The notes under the pieces were generated by a model that saw nothing but the letters and a program-made list of their open reading frames with translations, did not search any database and was not told the DNA's origin. From positions 1 to 64,000 of the forward strand of contig NW_005434608.1 in assembly GCF_000315625.1 (NCBI RefSeq): 64,000 bases of DNA. The letters are read 5' to 3'. The position numbers were made by a program, and so were the translations under genes. Position 1 is the stretch's first letter. Each line of letters starts with the position of its first letter. This stretch comes from Guillardia theta CCMP2712. Lineage: Eukaryota > Protista > Cryptophyta. Shown in pieces: positions 49,722-64,000 of this stretch.

Positions 49722-50107
49722 TCACTGCCACCCCTTTAAAGAGTATACCACCCGTGATAATTACCAAATTTTCTGGGGAAAACACCCCGTGAAAAGGAAC
49801 ACTCTAGTAGCACCACCCCCTTTTCCTGAGGGGTCTAGTCCGATACTTCAAATCGGGACTCATACAGCTCATCCTCTTTTTCAAGCCGCCCTCAGAGTTG
49901 ATATGGAATGCGGCTTTTGCTCAAACCGGCCTTGAGACAAGTGAAGTGAACGATGGCGAGGAGGATGAGGGAAGTCAGAAGGTGTAGAGGACCCGATAGG
50001 ACATTTCATCATGAGAGTCTCAATTTGAACTTGTTTCCATCTTTCGTTTAATTTGACTGAAAGCTACCAGGTCCTGCGGCGATGTCTTTTTCGGACAGGG
50101 CTTGAAA

Positions 50108-51168
50108 ATGTCGAAAGCCAACAAGAGGATTCTTCTTGTCCTCGATGTAAACGGATTTCTATTAGAACGAACGCGAAAGAAACTCCCGAACTTGCCCTGC
50201 GTGAAAGTTCGGAGTACTTACGTGTATAACCGACCTGGAATGATGGAATTCGTAAAGTGGTGCACTGAACTGTTTGTACTCGGCGTATGGTCTACAGCAA
50301 AGCGAGAGAATGTTGTCGAGCTGGTCAAACACATCTTCGGCACGAGCTACCATCAGGACGTTGCATTCATTCTCGATGGCTCCTCCTGTACACCGACCGG
50401 GCTGAGACATCCTGAGAACAAGTACAAGGAACTCGTGACCAAGGACTTGGAAACTGTTTGGAGAATGCCAAACATGTCAAGTTTCGCCAGGAATCGTACT
50501 CTTCTGATTGATGACAGCCCCTACAAGGTGCCGTACGGCATGTGGGCTTCCAAGAAAAACACCTAACCATTGTTGGTTTGGTCGCGCAGGCGGCGTTCAA
50601 TCCCGTGGGCACTGCTATAAACCCTCCTCCATGGAACGTGACTGATATGAACGATACTGGGCTGATGCCCGGCAGCGACTTGCGAAGGTGCTTCTGATTC
50701 CTGTCGAGCCTCCTTCACTGTCCTTGGCAGATTCCTCGAAGATTTGGGTAAGGAGGGAGAAAACGTCTCTGTTCCAGACTTTGTGATCAAGAACGATCCT
50801 TTCGAAAGCGTGAGGGCCCTCAAGACAGGTTCCCCGCCAAGTCTGTGTCTGAAGGATCTGATCCCTGAGTCAGACCCGCTCACCCTCAAGATCTGGTCGA
50901 GAGCCTCCAAGATTCCTTCTCGAGGTTCCCCAGCTCGACAACCAAAGGCAGTTGCAGCTGGAGCCGTCGCTCGCACTCAGAACGCTACCGATGACAGCAC
51001 CGATCTCGTCGAGCTGCTGCAAAAACTTGACCTTAGCATTAGCACCAACCAGACTGAGCTGCCTGCAGCCTCGCAAGTCACCGCAGATAGGAACGAGACA
51101 CGTACAGGACCGAAGGGCAGGAAGCCAGACATGGCGTTAGCTAGATCAGGGAGAGACGAGAGCAAGTG
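50108..51168 (+). CDS. FCP1/SCP (NIF)-like HAD-superfamily phosphatase-domain protein
   Basis: LLVLDVNGFL, RPG..EF, WSTA, KDL..VW and TLLIDDSPYK. The start may lie further upstream. Confidence 0.85.
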
Positions 51169-51590
51169 AGAGCAGAGGAGAAAAGAGTTCAGTTCGTCTT
51201 CATCCTGAGACCTCTAGCGAGAGTGCTGACATGTCTGCCTTGTCATACGTCACTTGGCTGCTGCTTGTGCCTGTGGCTACGAAAAATCTGGTCTTGATAG
51301 ATTCCGCTGAAAGTGAGACATGGTGATAGGGAATGTTAGAGCACCAGCAGACCGAGTAGTAAACTTTGTCATAGTAACAGAGTGATGAAGCTTGTCATAG
51401 TATAAGAGTATAAGAGTGAATCTTGGTCATTAACGATGGAGACGAATCAAAGCGTAGGAGCTGGCGTTGTGTACAAGGCTTCACTCAAACAAAAAACAGA
51501 AACAAGAACGATGATTCAAGTAGACAGATGGTCAAGTGCAGGACATGATGAATACGTGCAACTGCACGAATAAATCGATGGTTCAGATCA

Positions 51591-53637
51591 CTACGTCAGA
51601 GGATGCATTGTTTGCGGTGGGTACATGTGGAGTACATGTGATTGTGCAACGACCGATCCCGGATGTGGCAGGACATAGCCAAAGGCTACGAGCTCCTCTG
51701 CTGGGACGTTGAGATGGATCTGAAGGGGAGGAACAGAGGCCTCTTCTTCTGTGATCCCCGGGTCCCGCTGACTGCCGTCCGGATGCTTGATCGGCGCTCC
51801 CCCGTCAGCTTTCCGCTCGTCAATGCCAGTGACTGCTGCAAATCCGGGAATGTACAAGAGGAGGGCAGTGATGCCGATGGTGGGCATGCTTGCCCTGTGA
51901 GCAACCTCAGACACGAAGCCGAAGAACAAGGTGGCGGCTGCAGACACACCTGCATGTTGTCAGGACATCGACAGTAAATAAGGCGGCAGAGCTCACCAAG
52001 GGCGAGCAGAAAGTATTGCCACATGTAAGGCTGGCCGATCCACGCCCAGTTAGCTCCTGCTGTGACACAATCGATTCCAGTAGAGTTCAGTCCGAGAAGA
52101 GCTGAATCCCCGGCACAGCCGCATGCCTCGTGGTAGGGCGGGAAGAGAACGCCGTCGCGAGCCATCTGAACGCACTGACTAGGACCTTGGGTGATGCCAT
52201 ACGCAGAGACTGACAGGACGGCAGCAAGTCCTCCGAATATAAGCGAAGACTCAGAGACCACTCGCAGACCCAAGGGTGTGTCCCAGATGCCCCCGAGCAT
52301 GACCGGAAAGAGCCAGCAAACTGCCAAGATACTAGGCAGCAGAAAGATTGACAGGACTGCATAGTTTGCAAGAGCAAATGGAACTATGATGACAGTGATT
52401 ACAAGAACACACCCTCGAGCCCAGATCAGAGGCTTTCCCCTTAAGAACTGCGTTGAAATGGTTGCTGCTAGCCCATTCTGCACGCTATCGATGGCAGACT
52501 CGTTCATGACAGCTGCGAGCACAAGGACCAGGACTTCTATGAACTGATTGACATGCACGTTGTTTTGGTTCGGAGATGATTTGAACACCTGGAAGAGATA
52601 CAGATTGGGATTTCCCGTTTGAAAGTCGATTAGTCCACCCCATGCTGCGAGAAAGCCTCCAAGTCCGAAGAGAAACACGACGCTCACCACAGCAAGACAA
52701 GCCAGGACCCCTCCTCGTTTGAGCGATTGCGGATCTTTTGCAGCCCATACCCTTTGCCACATCCCCTCGTTGAACATAACTGAGGACATGAGCGATGCTG
52801 GCATGACGAGGATTGAGCTGTATCCCGACTGATTCGGCCCCAGTGATTGTTTCAAACTGCCGAAGTTGGGCGGCAGCTCCCGTTTGAAGGTGGCAGCAAC
52901 ATATATACTGATGGTTGTGATAAGAACGACGCTGGTGATGCCTTGAACCTGATCCGTCACGATCGAAACCAGAAGTCCTCCATACATGGTGTATACCTGC
53001 GTGATTTGTTAAGCCATCCGAGAGGCATGTCAAACAAGGTGAGTACCGTCGTAACGGTGGCTACAATCAGAATGATTGGAAACCCTTCCGTGCCTACAAA
53101 ATCGCGAAACAGCCCTCCAATGGTGGTGAACTCAGCAAGCATCATGACAGCCATATTGATCAATGCCACCCCTATGCACGCCAACTTAGCTGTGGGTCCA
53201 AACCTGCAGCTGGAGTAAGATTGCAGGCAAGACGTCGGAACGAGTTCAGATGTAGACCTTGCGGTGATGAAATCCCCGAACGAGTTGACAGTGGGGTACT
53301 TGGATTGCACCATGCTACCGAAGTATGACTGCACGATGAGAGGAACACCAGTGCCTATGGCCATGAAGATCATTCCGATCCATCCAGCATAAGTAGCGTA
53401 GTTGGAAGGGCTGGTGATACACCAGGATCCAACGCTTCCAGCATAGAAACTCCATGCGATTCTGTACATCCCCTGTGACTTCTTTGCTGTCAAAAATCCT
53501 TCCGAAGTTTGAAGCAAATGGCTGGTCTCGGACGAGCTCTTCAATCGCAACTTTGTATAAATTACAGCGTACAGCGCTATCGACACCAGAGATGTCACAG
53601 TCAACGCGTATGACAAAGCTACCCAGTCAGTTGCCAT
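51591..53637 (-). CDS. Sodium:solute symporter (SSS/SLC5-like) transporter
   Basis: FLTAKKS, AWSFYAGSVGSW, ARFG, YTMYGGL.VSIVTDQVQG, WQRVWAAKD, and many TM segments. Confidence 0.9.
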
Positions 53638-53964
53638 GGTGTATGAATTCTCCAGATCAAACTTGAAAATTTGCCCAGCAATTCATCAAGGTAGTGTCTT
53701 GCCCCTCGGTCAGCCCTAAAATGGTGAACGCAATCAACACATGCAGGAAGCATGGACCAATGACAACCCAAGGAAGATTAGAGCAAGGGATGTGTTCAGT
53801 GATAGCAGTCTAGATAGGAGGTGTACAGATTGACGTATAGCCACAATGCAGAAGAAACAAGTGCATAAAGATACACAAGATAGATCTAAAGAGGCGAAGG
53901 ATCATGGTGGGGCAAGCAGCAACAGATGAAAGGATGGGAATGATGAGATCAGGAGCTCAGAGAG

Positions 53965-54229
53965 GAAGGAGTCATCTATGTAGGGATAGAAGGAGTCATC
54001 TATGTAGGGATAGACGGAGTCATCTATGTAGGGATAGAAGGAGTCATCGATGTAGGGATAGAAGGAGTCATCTATGTAGGGATAGACGGAGTCATCTATG
54101 TAGGGATAGAAGGAGTCATCTATGTAGGGATAGAAGGAGTCATCTATGTAGGGATAGAAGGAGTCATCTATGTAGGGATAGAAGGAGTCATCTATGTAGG
54201 GATAGAAGGAGTCATCTATGTAGGGATAG
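53965..54229. repeat. 24-bp minisatellite, 11 copies (GAAGGAGTCATCTATGTAGGGATA)
   Basis: Near-perfect head-to-tail copies with no spacers. Confidence 0.97.
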
Positions 54230-55611
54230 GAGGGAGAGAAAACTGCAGAGAGAGCGGACAGGAAGAAAGTGAAGCAGAAGAGTTGGGGAGCAGGAGGAGG
54301 CGAGCAGCGGCTTTATTTTCTTTTTTGGGTTTTACACGGGTCAATTATTTGAGTGAGATGGTGCTTCCAGATAGGGGTAGGGGTCCTCAGGGGTACTCTC
54401 ACGGTACCAAGTGACTAAGTGGGTAGGGTTCCAAGACCCGCAAAGACAGGCGCAAGGGGGGTAGGGGTGGATTATCAAGATAATCTTGTGGCATGTCACG
54501 CCGGGGCCCGGGGAACTGAAAGGTAGCGAGTCCGCCTCAAGTCCCCTGTAGCAGTTGGCAAGTTGGCGGACCCCATGGTAAATTTCAATCAATTTTCACG
54601 CAAAGCTCAGCAATTTGGGGCGACACCTTGAATTTGACCCATCCTTACCCTCATATGCCCCGAATTTTAATACCAAGGGTGGGTGCTTTTAAGCAGAAAA
54701 TTCTGAAACATGACCCACTCTTGGGCAGAACATTGGAAATTGTACCCACCCTGTGGAGATTCTGAACTTCAGGTACCCTACTGTCTGTCACCGCTGATTT
54801 CTCGAGAACAATACCGGTTCTTGATTACCCTACCCCTGGTAAAACACTACCCAGGATCAAGCCACCCCCGTCGGCTCCCTTCAGTTCGAACGCAGGGATC
54901 AACGGTCGTTACCCCGTACAAACTTCCGGCTCGCCTCAGAATAATACCCCTACCCCCTCCATAGAGCGGTCCATGGGGGGTTTAGGGACCCCTGCCCCCC
55001 TCCACCTTGCGCTTATGGATCGAGTATGGCCTGGCGGTCGGGAGAGGGAGAGAGAAGGGAGAGTTGCTTGATGTCTCGAGCTGCCTCTAAGAAATATCGG
55101 GAGAGATTCTCAGCCTCACTGGCCCTCTCCTTCCTCTCCTTCCTCTCCGCGTCTGAATGTCGCTCATATGATCTTGAGATATTTTTGTTGCCTTCCCCTA
55201 GAGATTGCAATTGCTATGCCTTAGCAGTTTTTGGCGAGGGAAGTGAAACCTAGAAGCCCGCGTTTGATGGTTGAATCTAGAAGATCTTTAGATTAAGAAG
55301 AGTGGATGAGCTAGAATGGCTTTATCATTTGCACAGTTCTGGCTGAAATGTGAAAACTTATCCATGTATCTAACAAGTCGTGGATTACACATTTTTCCTG
55401 ATGTGGTAATGATGCATGTTCTTGGCAGATTCGGCCCTTACATCTATGAGATAAAGTGGGTTACATTCATTACTCGAGTTTCTCGATCGGAACAGCATTT
55501 AGATACAACATCGTACGTTGAAGTCTATGGGACAAGAATTTTTGTTGCCTGAAATATAGGAACGGACATCGTGAAAAGGTTTCATCATCGCACTCGACTT
55601 GTTTGTGCACA

Positions 55612-58600
55612 ATGGGAAAGCTTGAAGAATATGAAGTGATGAAACTTCTCGGGAAAGGATCTTTCGGATCTGTTTACTGCGTTCGTCGTTTGGCGGTTTG
55701 TTCCTTTGGGGATGTGGTTTCAGTTGATGACTCGTTCTTCTAAATCAGGATCGCTCTCTTCATGTTATGAAGAAGATTTCGATCCACAACATGCCTGCAA
55801 AGGAAAGGACGGCCACTGAGCAGGTAGACATAATTCATGCATGTTGTGCAGGCTGCAGTGAACTTGTTGCCAACAGGAGGTCAAGGTTCTGCAAAGACTT
55901 CGACATCCTGGAATAGTCTGCTATGAAGATAGTTTCATTCACAAGAATAGACAGGTCGATCAATCTCTCATATCCCTGCTTGTTCTGAATTGCTTGATTG
56001 CAGCTTTGTATCGTGATGACCTATTGTGAGGGCGGGGATCTCGCTACTGTCATTGAGAAGCGAAGGATGAGGGCTTTTCCCGAGAATGAAGTACTTGATC
56101 TTGATGCCAGCTGTGTTCATTGGTTTCTCCTCTAATGCTCCTTACTTTTACAAGGTCGTCAGTTGGTTTCTGCAAATTGCACTGGCACTGCAGGTGTAGG
56201 ATGTCGTGAGCAAACCGTCTGAATTGACCAGATTTTGATTGACAGTACATGCACGAGGAGCACATTCTTCATCGTGATCTCAAGACGCAAAACATCTTTC
56301 TTACACGAAACAACATCATCAAGGTTTGTCTTGCCATGATGATGGCTCTAGACTATTTTGGTAGCTTGTTAGTAAGGATTCTCTCTGTTTCAGCTCGGTG
56401 ATTTTGGGATCGCAAAAGTTCTCGAGGGAACTTTGGAAATGGCAAAGACAGTCATTGGTACGCTAGTGAACGCTGGATCAACGTGAATTATGAAGCTTAT
56501 TGTATGGACTCCAGGAACGCCATACTACATGTCACCTGAGCTTTTCCGTAATCAACCATATTCTTTCAAGGTGACCGAACGACCTGACACCCAGCGAGAT
56601 TGGAAATGACCAACCTGTCAGTCTGATATTTGGTCGTTGGGGTGTGTTCTGTATGAGATCGTCTCTCTACGACATGCATTTGAGGTTTGGTCGATTCACC
56701 GTCTCAATTATTGTAACTTGCAATCAGGCTCGAGACATGAATTCATTGGTTCAGAAAATTCTGCGGGCTTCTTACGGTGAAATCATCTGAGATTGTTTTC
56801 ATGTTTAATTCTTCTCTGTCAGGACCAATTCCAGCCACAGTCTCGAAGGTCTGCGCTAAGATCAGAATGAAATCTCTATTCATGGTTGATCCAGGAATTG
56901 CGATCGCTTTTGAAAAATATGCTTTCTCTATCACCACAATCCCGTCCCAGGTAATAGTCTTATGGATTCCCGTGGTATCGGATCCAACGCGTTGCACACA
57001 GTGTCAACGAGATCCTTGCTCTCCCTTTCATTAGGAAGGAGATGGGTGCCTACGTGCAGTATCAGTTGGGTGACGATTCAGGTCCTTGCAGCTGAAAAAC
57101 CTTGAAATGAGCTCAATATTACGCAGCTGCAAATTTGCTTCGAGATGACCCCAAGTTGATGGGATTCATTCAACAAGAGCAGGTGTACTCGATTTTTCGT
57201 CAGCCATCAAGGTGACACTGGAATAGAATCGTTTGGAACAGCAAGCACGAAAGCTTGGGTTCGATATAAAGAAGAAATCTCACAGCGGTTCTAGTTCAGG
57301 TATTGACTGATTTTGAATTCTTCCGCTCAAAGTTCCAGTAGGAGAAGTGGAGTTCAATGACGGCAACAAACCGAATCCTCCTCAACCAGACCAGAAAGCT
57401 GAGCAGATCCTGGCGCGGGTAATCACTTCATTTCCGTTTCAAAGAATCCCGAAAGCTGATAAGAAGTTGCAGAAGCCGACACCCAACTCATTGCCGTCTG
57501 CTGCAGACGCTGAAAGGGTGAAGACAGGAATGGTTTTGACATCCAACATTGCTCTGAATCTGTTGTGCAAGATCCGCATGGAAGAGAAAGAGAAAGACAG
57601 AGTCAAGCGCGCACAGGTTTGATTCATTTCGTTTTCACTGGGGATTTCTGAGTTCTTGATAGGCTTTCCTTGAACGAGAATTGAGAGCCAAAGAAAGAGC
57701 AGAAGCAGGTGGATTAGTCCGCAGTTTTTTGACCTCCAAACTCGTTAACTTTGCTGCAGCCTTGCGACAATTGCAGAAGGAGAAACAGGACAGGATAAAG
57801 GCTCTTCAGGTCCTTGCTTACCCTCTTTGCTAGTTTTGTGAAGAAGGGGTTGACATGCATTACAGGAGCAAAGAGAGCTCCGAGCCAAGAGGATGCAACA
57901 AGTGAACAAGACGATCCTTTGACTTCCTTGATCCTCATTCCATGGCTCAGGTTCATCCCAAAGGCGAAGCTGGTCTCATGAACGAGTGGCAGGTGCGTTG
58001 TACTTTCGAAGTTGATGTCCGGTGCAATCTCTTGACGCATCTGAACCTGACACCATCAGCATCGACTGCAAGAAGCTCAGAAGAAGCACGAGCAGCGAAG
58101 GAAGGAGATGGGGATGGTTGCCCACCTACGTCTTTGCTGCTTGCGGCTGACTGTCGCTCAGGTTCCTGGGGATCATCGCCCGAAGCCTCCGTCCAAGTCA
58201 AGGCTGGAGGAGGTTGACGCGAGGGGTAGAGATGAGGATGTCTCATGCGTCATGCAGCAACCGAAGAGGAGCATCCTCGAGCAGCGAAACGTGAACGCAA
58301 GAGAGCGGGAAGGGGCACCGGTACCGTCTGATCCCATCGATGAAGCATGCAGTCACCAACGATGCAGATTCGCCGGGTGGAGGAGAAGAATCAGATCGTC
58401 GAAGATAAGGAGGTACAACCACGCGAGCTTGCAATGTTCGTTCAAGTGATGAGATCTATCAGAATGTCAAGAATGTTGTCGAGAAACCTAGCTCCCAACA
58501 CAATGTACAAGGCTATGGAGCCTCTCTTGAAGGGAAGGTTGACGACTGCATGCAGGAACAAGTCATGAATGCGAACCAGCAACGAATGAAGGAGCAGGTG

Positions 58601-61600
58601 AGTGAAAGCAAGGCTCGTGTTGACGTGCCTGACTCATCAGCAGGCGGAGGTTGAACAGCAGAAAGTGGATGCGATGAAGCAGGTAAGCCCACTGCCCTGA
58701 TCTGCTTACTGCAGAAGTTAAGAGCTCAACAGAAGCGAGCTGAGAATGAGAAACTGCGCGAAGAGATGAATCGCGACATGCAGGTAAGATGCTTGCCCTT
58801 GCTGCGGGAATTCCTGATGGTTCCGGAAGATGATGGAGATGAAGCTGAAGCAGCTCAAGGCCAAGAAAGATGCTGACGAGCGCATGAAGGTGAGCGAGTA
58901 TTTCCGTGTCCTCCTCCTCGACCTGGACCGCATCCTTCTCCTTCTCTCGCTCTCCTGGTCTCTTCCTCGTGCTCCATCTGATGGAACCTACAGCGGGAGA
59001 GGATGGCGCTGGCGAGGCAGAGGCAAGATAGCAATGCAGCACAGGTTCAGCAGGTGCCCACCTGAGACCTGCTGACGAGGACTTGCAGGCTGAGCAGCAG
59101 GTGGTGCAGAAGGAACCGCAACCTCAGAGGGTTCAGAACGTCCGGGACGTGAACCCGCTCTCCTCGCGGTCTTCCGCTGACGTCGACGAGTCGATTCAGA
59201 CCCCCGCGCCCTCCCACGCCGCCAACGTCTGCAAACCTTTCGGAGTATGCGAGAGCTTCCTTACCCCAGCGCAGCTTCCTGCACGCAAGGGCATCGTTCC
59301 CGCGCCTGTTCCTGACGTGCAGCAGGCGGAGAAGGTATCGTCCTACCCGCCCTCCTTGCTCTGTTGGGGTTGACGGCACAGCAGGGCCCTGAGTTTCGCA
59401 AGGACAAGTATCAGGACGCAAGAAACAGGTGCGAAAGGAGGCAGGAGAGGAATCTTGATCTCTCTAACGCCCTTGCCTTCAGACCGCAACAGCCTGTGCG
59501 GTATGTCGACAGCCGCGCCCCGCAAGCTGGAGAGCAGAAGGGAGGGTACAGGTCGATGCCCTCCCCCTCCTCTTCCTCCCACTTCCCCTCCTCTTCCTCC
59601 CCCTCCCCCTCCTCTTCCTCCCCCTCTCCCTCCTCTTACTTGAGCGACAGGTACATGGTGGAGAAACCTCCTGCTGTGCAGGTGGATCAGATCCGATACT
59701 CAGGTGAGTCACATCTCCCTCGACCTCTCCTGCTGATGCCAGCACCAGAGCCTCACTTCACTCCTCCTCTCTTCGCTCCGCCTCCACATCCTCCTCCCAA
59801 CCGGCTTCAGGTGAGGGGAGGGAGATGGGAAGCTTAAGGTTGGAGGAGTTGACGCAGTGTAGGTTCTACACACTCCTGTCAATGGCGTATACGGGAACAA
59901 TGGGGACTTCTTTGGTGCGGATGGCATCGGTAGGAAAAAGGCGATGGAGTTGAAGCTGCTGATCCTTGAGCAGGAGCAGACTTGATCAGCAGGCAGAAGG
60001 AGCTTGACAGAATGCATGTGAGTGCGAGGGAGAAGGAGAAGGAGGCAGGGAGATGGTGGGAGGGGTTGGGGGGCGCGGGGGGGGGGGGGAAACTTCAAGA
60101 TACACTTAATAAAACAAGAAACAAAAAAAGCGAGAAATGAGGAGGGCCAGGAAATGAGCCTAAAGAGCCTGTTGACTTAACGGTCACACAAGATGGAGTA
60201 TTTGACTCATTCGATCTCTTCGTGGTGAGAACTGGAGGAGGGACGAGAACAAATCANNNNNNNNNNNNNNNNNNNNNNNNNNNNNNNNNNNNNNNNNNNN
60301 NNNNNNNNNNNNNNNNNNNNNNNNNNNNNNNNNNNNNNNNNNNNNNNNNNNNNNNNGAGAGGGGGCGTCAGCGGACCAAGGCAAGGAACGGAGGCGCCTG
60401 ATCCGATCCCCCGTCGGGACTCATTTATTCCCCCCTAGTAGGACTTGCGATGTAACTCATTTGAGTGCGAGATTTCCACAGCACCAGGGCAATAGGGGAG
60501 TGAATCAGGGGGGGGGGGGGGGGGGGGGTTCTTTCGACTTCTCATCATTTCTCCGCGTCTTACAGGCAAGGCAGCAAGTAGCCCAACAAACGCAGCAAGA
60601 GATGCAGGTGCAGCGATCTCCTCTTCCTCCTCCCTCTCCTCCTACCTCTCCTTCTCCCTCTCCTCCTCCTCCTCCTCCTCCTCCTCCTCCTCCTCCTCCT
60701 CTCCTCCTCCTCCCCCTCTTCCATCTTCCTCTCCCTTTCCTCCTCCTCCTCCTCCTCCTCCTCCCTCTCCTTCTCCTCCCTCTCCTCCTCCTCCCTCTCC
60801 TCGCCTTCCTCTCAACGTCTGCGCACAGGAGTTTCAAATGACGGTGCATCGCATCTCCAAGGTTTCGCTTGCTCCCGCTAAGCTCGACCTCTGATGGACT
60901 TGCAGGCCATCGGATCGTCTGCAGTCTCCAGGCCTATGATGATCCAAGCGGAGGTTGCCTCCTCCTGAACTCCTCCCCCTCCTCCCCCTCCCCCTCCATC
61001 GCCCTTCTCATCTGCTGCTCCTGTCCTCTCCCTTGGCTATCTCCGCCCGCTGAGATGCTGAGCAGGTGGGTGCCAAGATCTCAGAGCGCGATCGCCTCCT
61101 CCGCCAGGTTCTTTCGTCCTCCCCTCTGACCCCTCTGACCGGCCCCATCAGCGTCAGCAGAGCGACGCTCGTCGAATGCGCAAGGCAGGAGGGCAGGAGC
61201 CATCGGTCCGCCTCTTCGGTGACGTGGCGTACGAGGGAGGGCTCTACTCCCCTCAGGTGCTCCCCCTCCTCCATCCCGCTCCCGCCTCAACCCGCTGGCA
61301 GCGCGGCAAGGCGTACATGAACAACGGGGATGAAGGCATCGAAGAGGAGATCGAGGTGAGGGAGGAGGAGAGAGGGAGGAGGAGAGTGGGAGAGAGGCGA
61401 GGAGGAGTCTGACTGAGGTCACGGCAGGAGTACGTGCATGCGGCTCCGTCAAGGTACTCGCCTAGCGAGGAGATCGACGAGCAGCTGCTCTACTACGATG
61501 AGGTGATTTTGGTGGGGTCGTGTGACCTGCTGATGTGGAATGCAGGAGGAGGCAAACTTGGAGCAGGAAGTCGCTCACCGCACGCTGAAGATCCAGGTAG

Positions 61601-61699
61601 GAGGAGGAGGAGGAGGAGGAGGAGGAGGAGGAGGAATAAAAGGAAGCGAATTTGACTGGACTGCAGATGTTGAAGACGGCGCTGATAAAGGACGAGTGA
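55612..61699 (+). CDS. NEK: NIMA-related (NEK) Ser/Thr kinase with a long coiled-coil C-terminus
   Basis: Spliced motifs [53 protein letters not shown]|[16 protein letters not shown]. The 3' half crosses a gap and its end is approximate. Confidence 0.9.
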
Positions 61700-61970
61700 T
61701 GATAATACAATTATTCTTGGTGGAGGAAGAGGAGGAAAATGAAAAGAATTTGTATGTCAGGTTGCGAAAGCAAATGTTGTACATGAATAAGTCCAGCAGA
61801 CTTGAAGGAATTCTTATTGATGGTATTGTAACTCGTATGCATTATTTAAAATGAATCAACTGATGTGACGGATCTTTCAAAGCTTGACAACTTGACTAAC
61901 AAACTTGTTTTCATCACCATGAGATCGTTTGCTGTACATGTTAGGCGCCTATCTTACAACTTGCTCTCGC

Positions 61971-64000
<2,030 letters not shown>

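Noticed and set aside
53965-54229. CRISPR-like array (also considered for the 20-mer arrays)
   Set aside because: Head-to-tail repeats without unique spacers, no cas genes, and a eukaryotic context.

Overview
Eukaryotic nuclear DNA from a left chromosome end. It has CCCTAAA/TTTAGGG telomere repeats, dense ~45-65 nt spliceosomal introns and microsatellite-filled introns; the style suggests a cryptophyte such as Guillardia, but that is inference only. Positions 1-5574 hold a head-to-tail array of at least three intronless elements, all on the minus strand, each separated by a short telomeric tract. They show a 5' 20-bp tandem array, a 3' AATAAA plus (CTA)5 tail, 5' truncation and one ORF1-like protein with no visible RT, which suggests telomere-targeted non-autonomous non-LTR retroelements. 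The rest is gene-dense: a double-AP2 transcription factor, two hypothetical genes, a signal-peptide/LRGG RRM protein, a cytochrome P450, an EF-hand+BIR+PDZ protein and a mitochondrial intermediate peptidase. Next comes a very large gene (31225-43548) fusing RCC1 repeats, about 12 IPT/TIG domains and a reelin-like domain to an OSCA/TMEM63/TMC-like channel. This is followed by a young non-autonomous copia-type LTR element, a hypothetical gene, a membrane collagen-like protein, an FCP1-like phosphatase, a Na+/solute symporter, a NEK kinase and the 3' part of PEX1. There are two 100-N gaps (5310-5409, 60257-60356). No rRNA, tRNA or CRISPR was seen. Boundaries of multi-exon genes are approximate and were read by eye.
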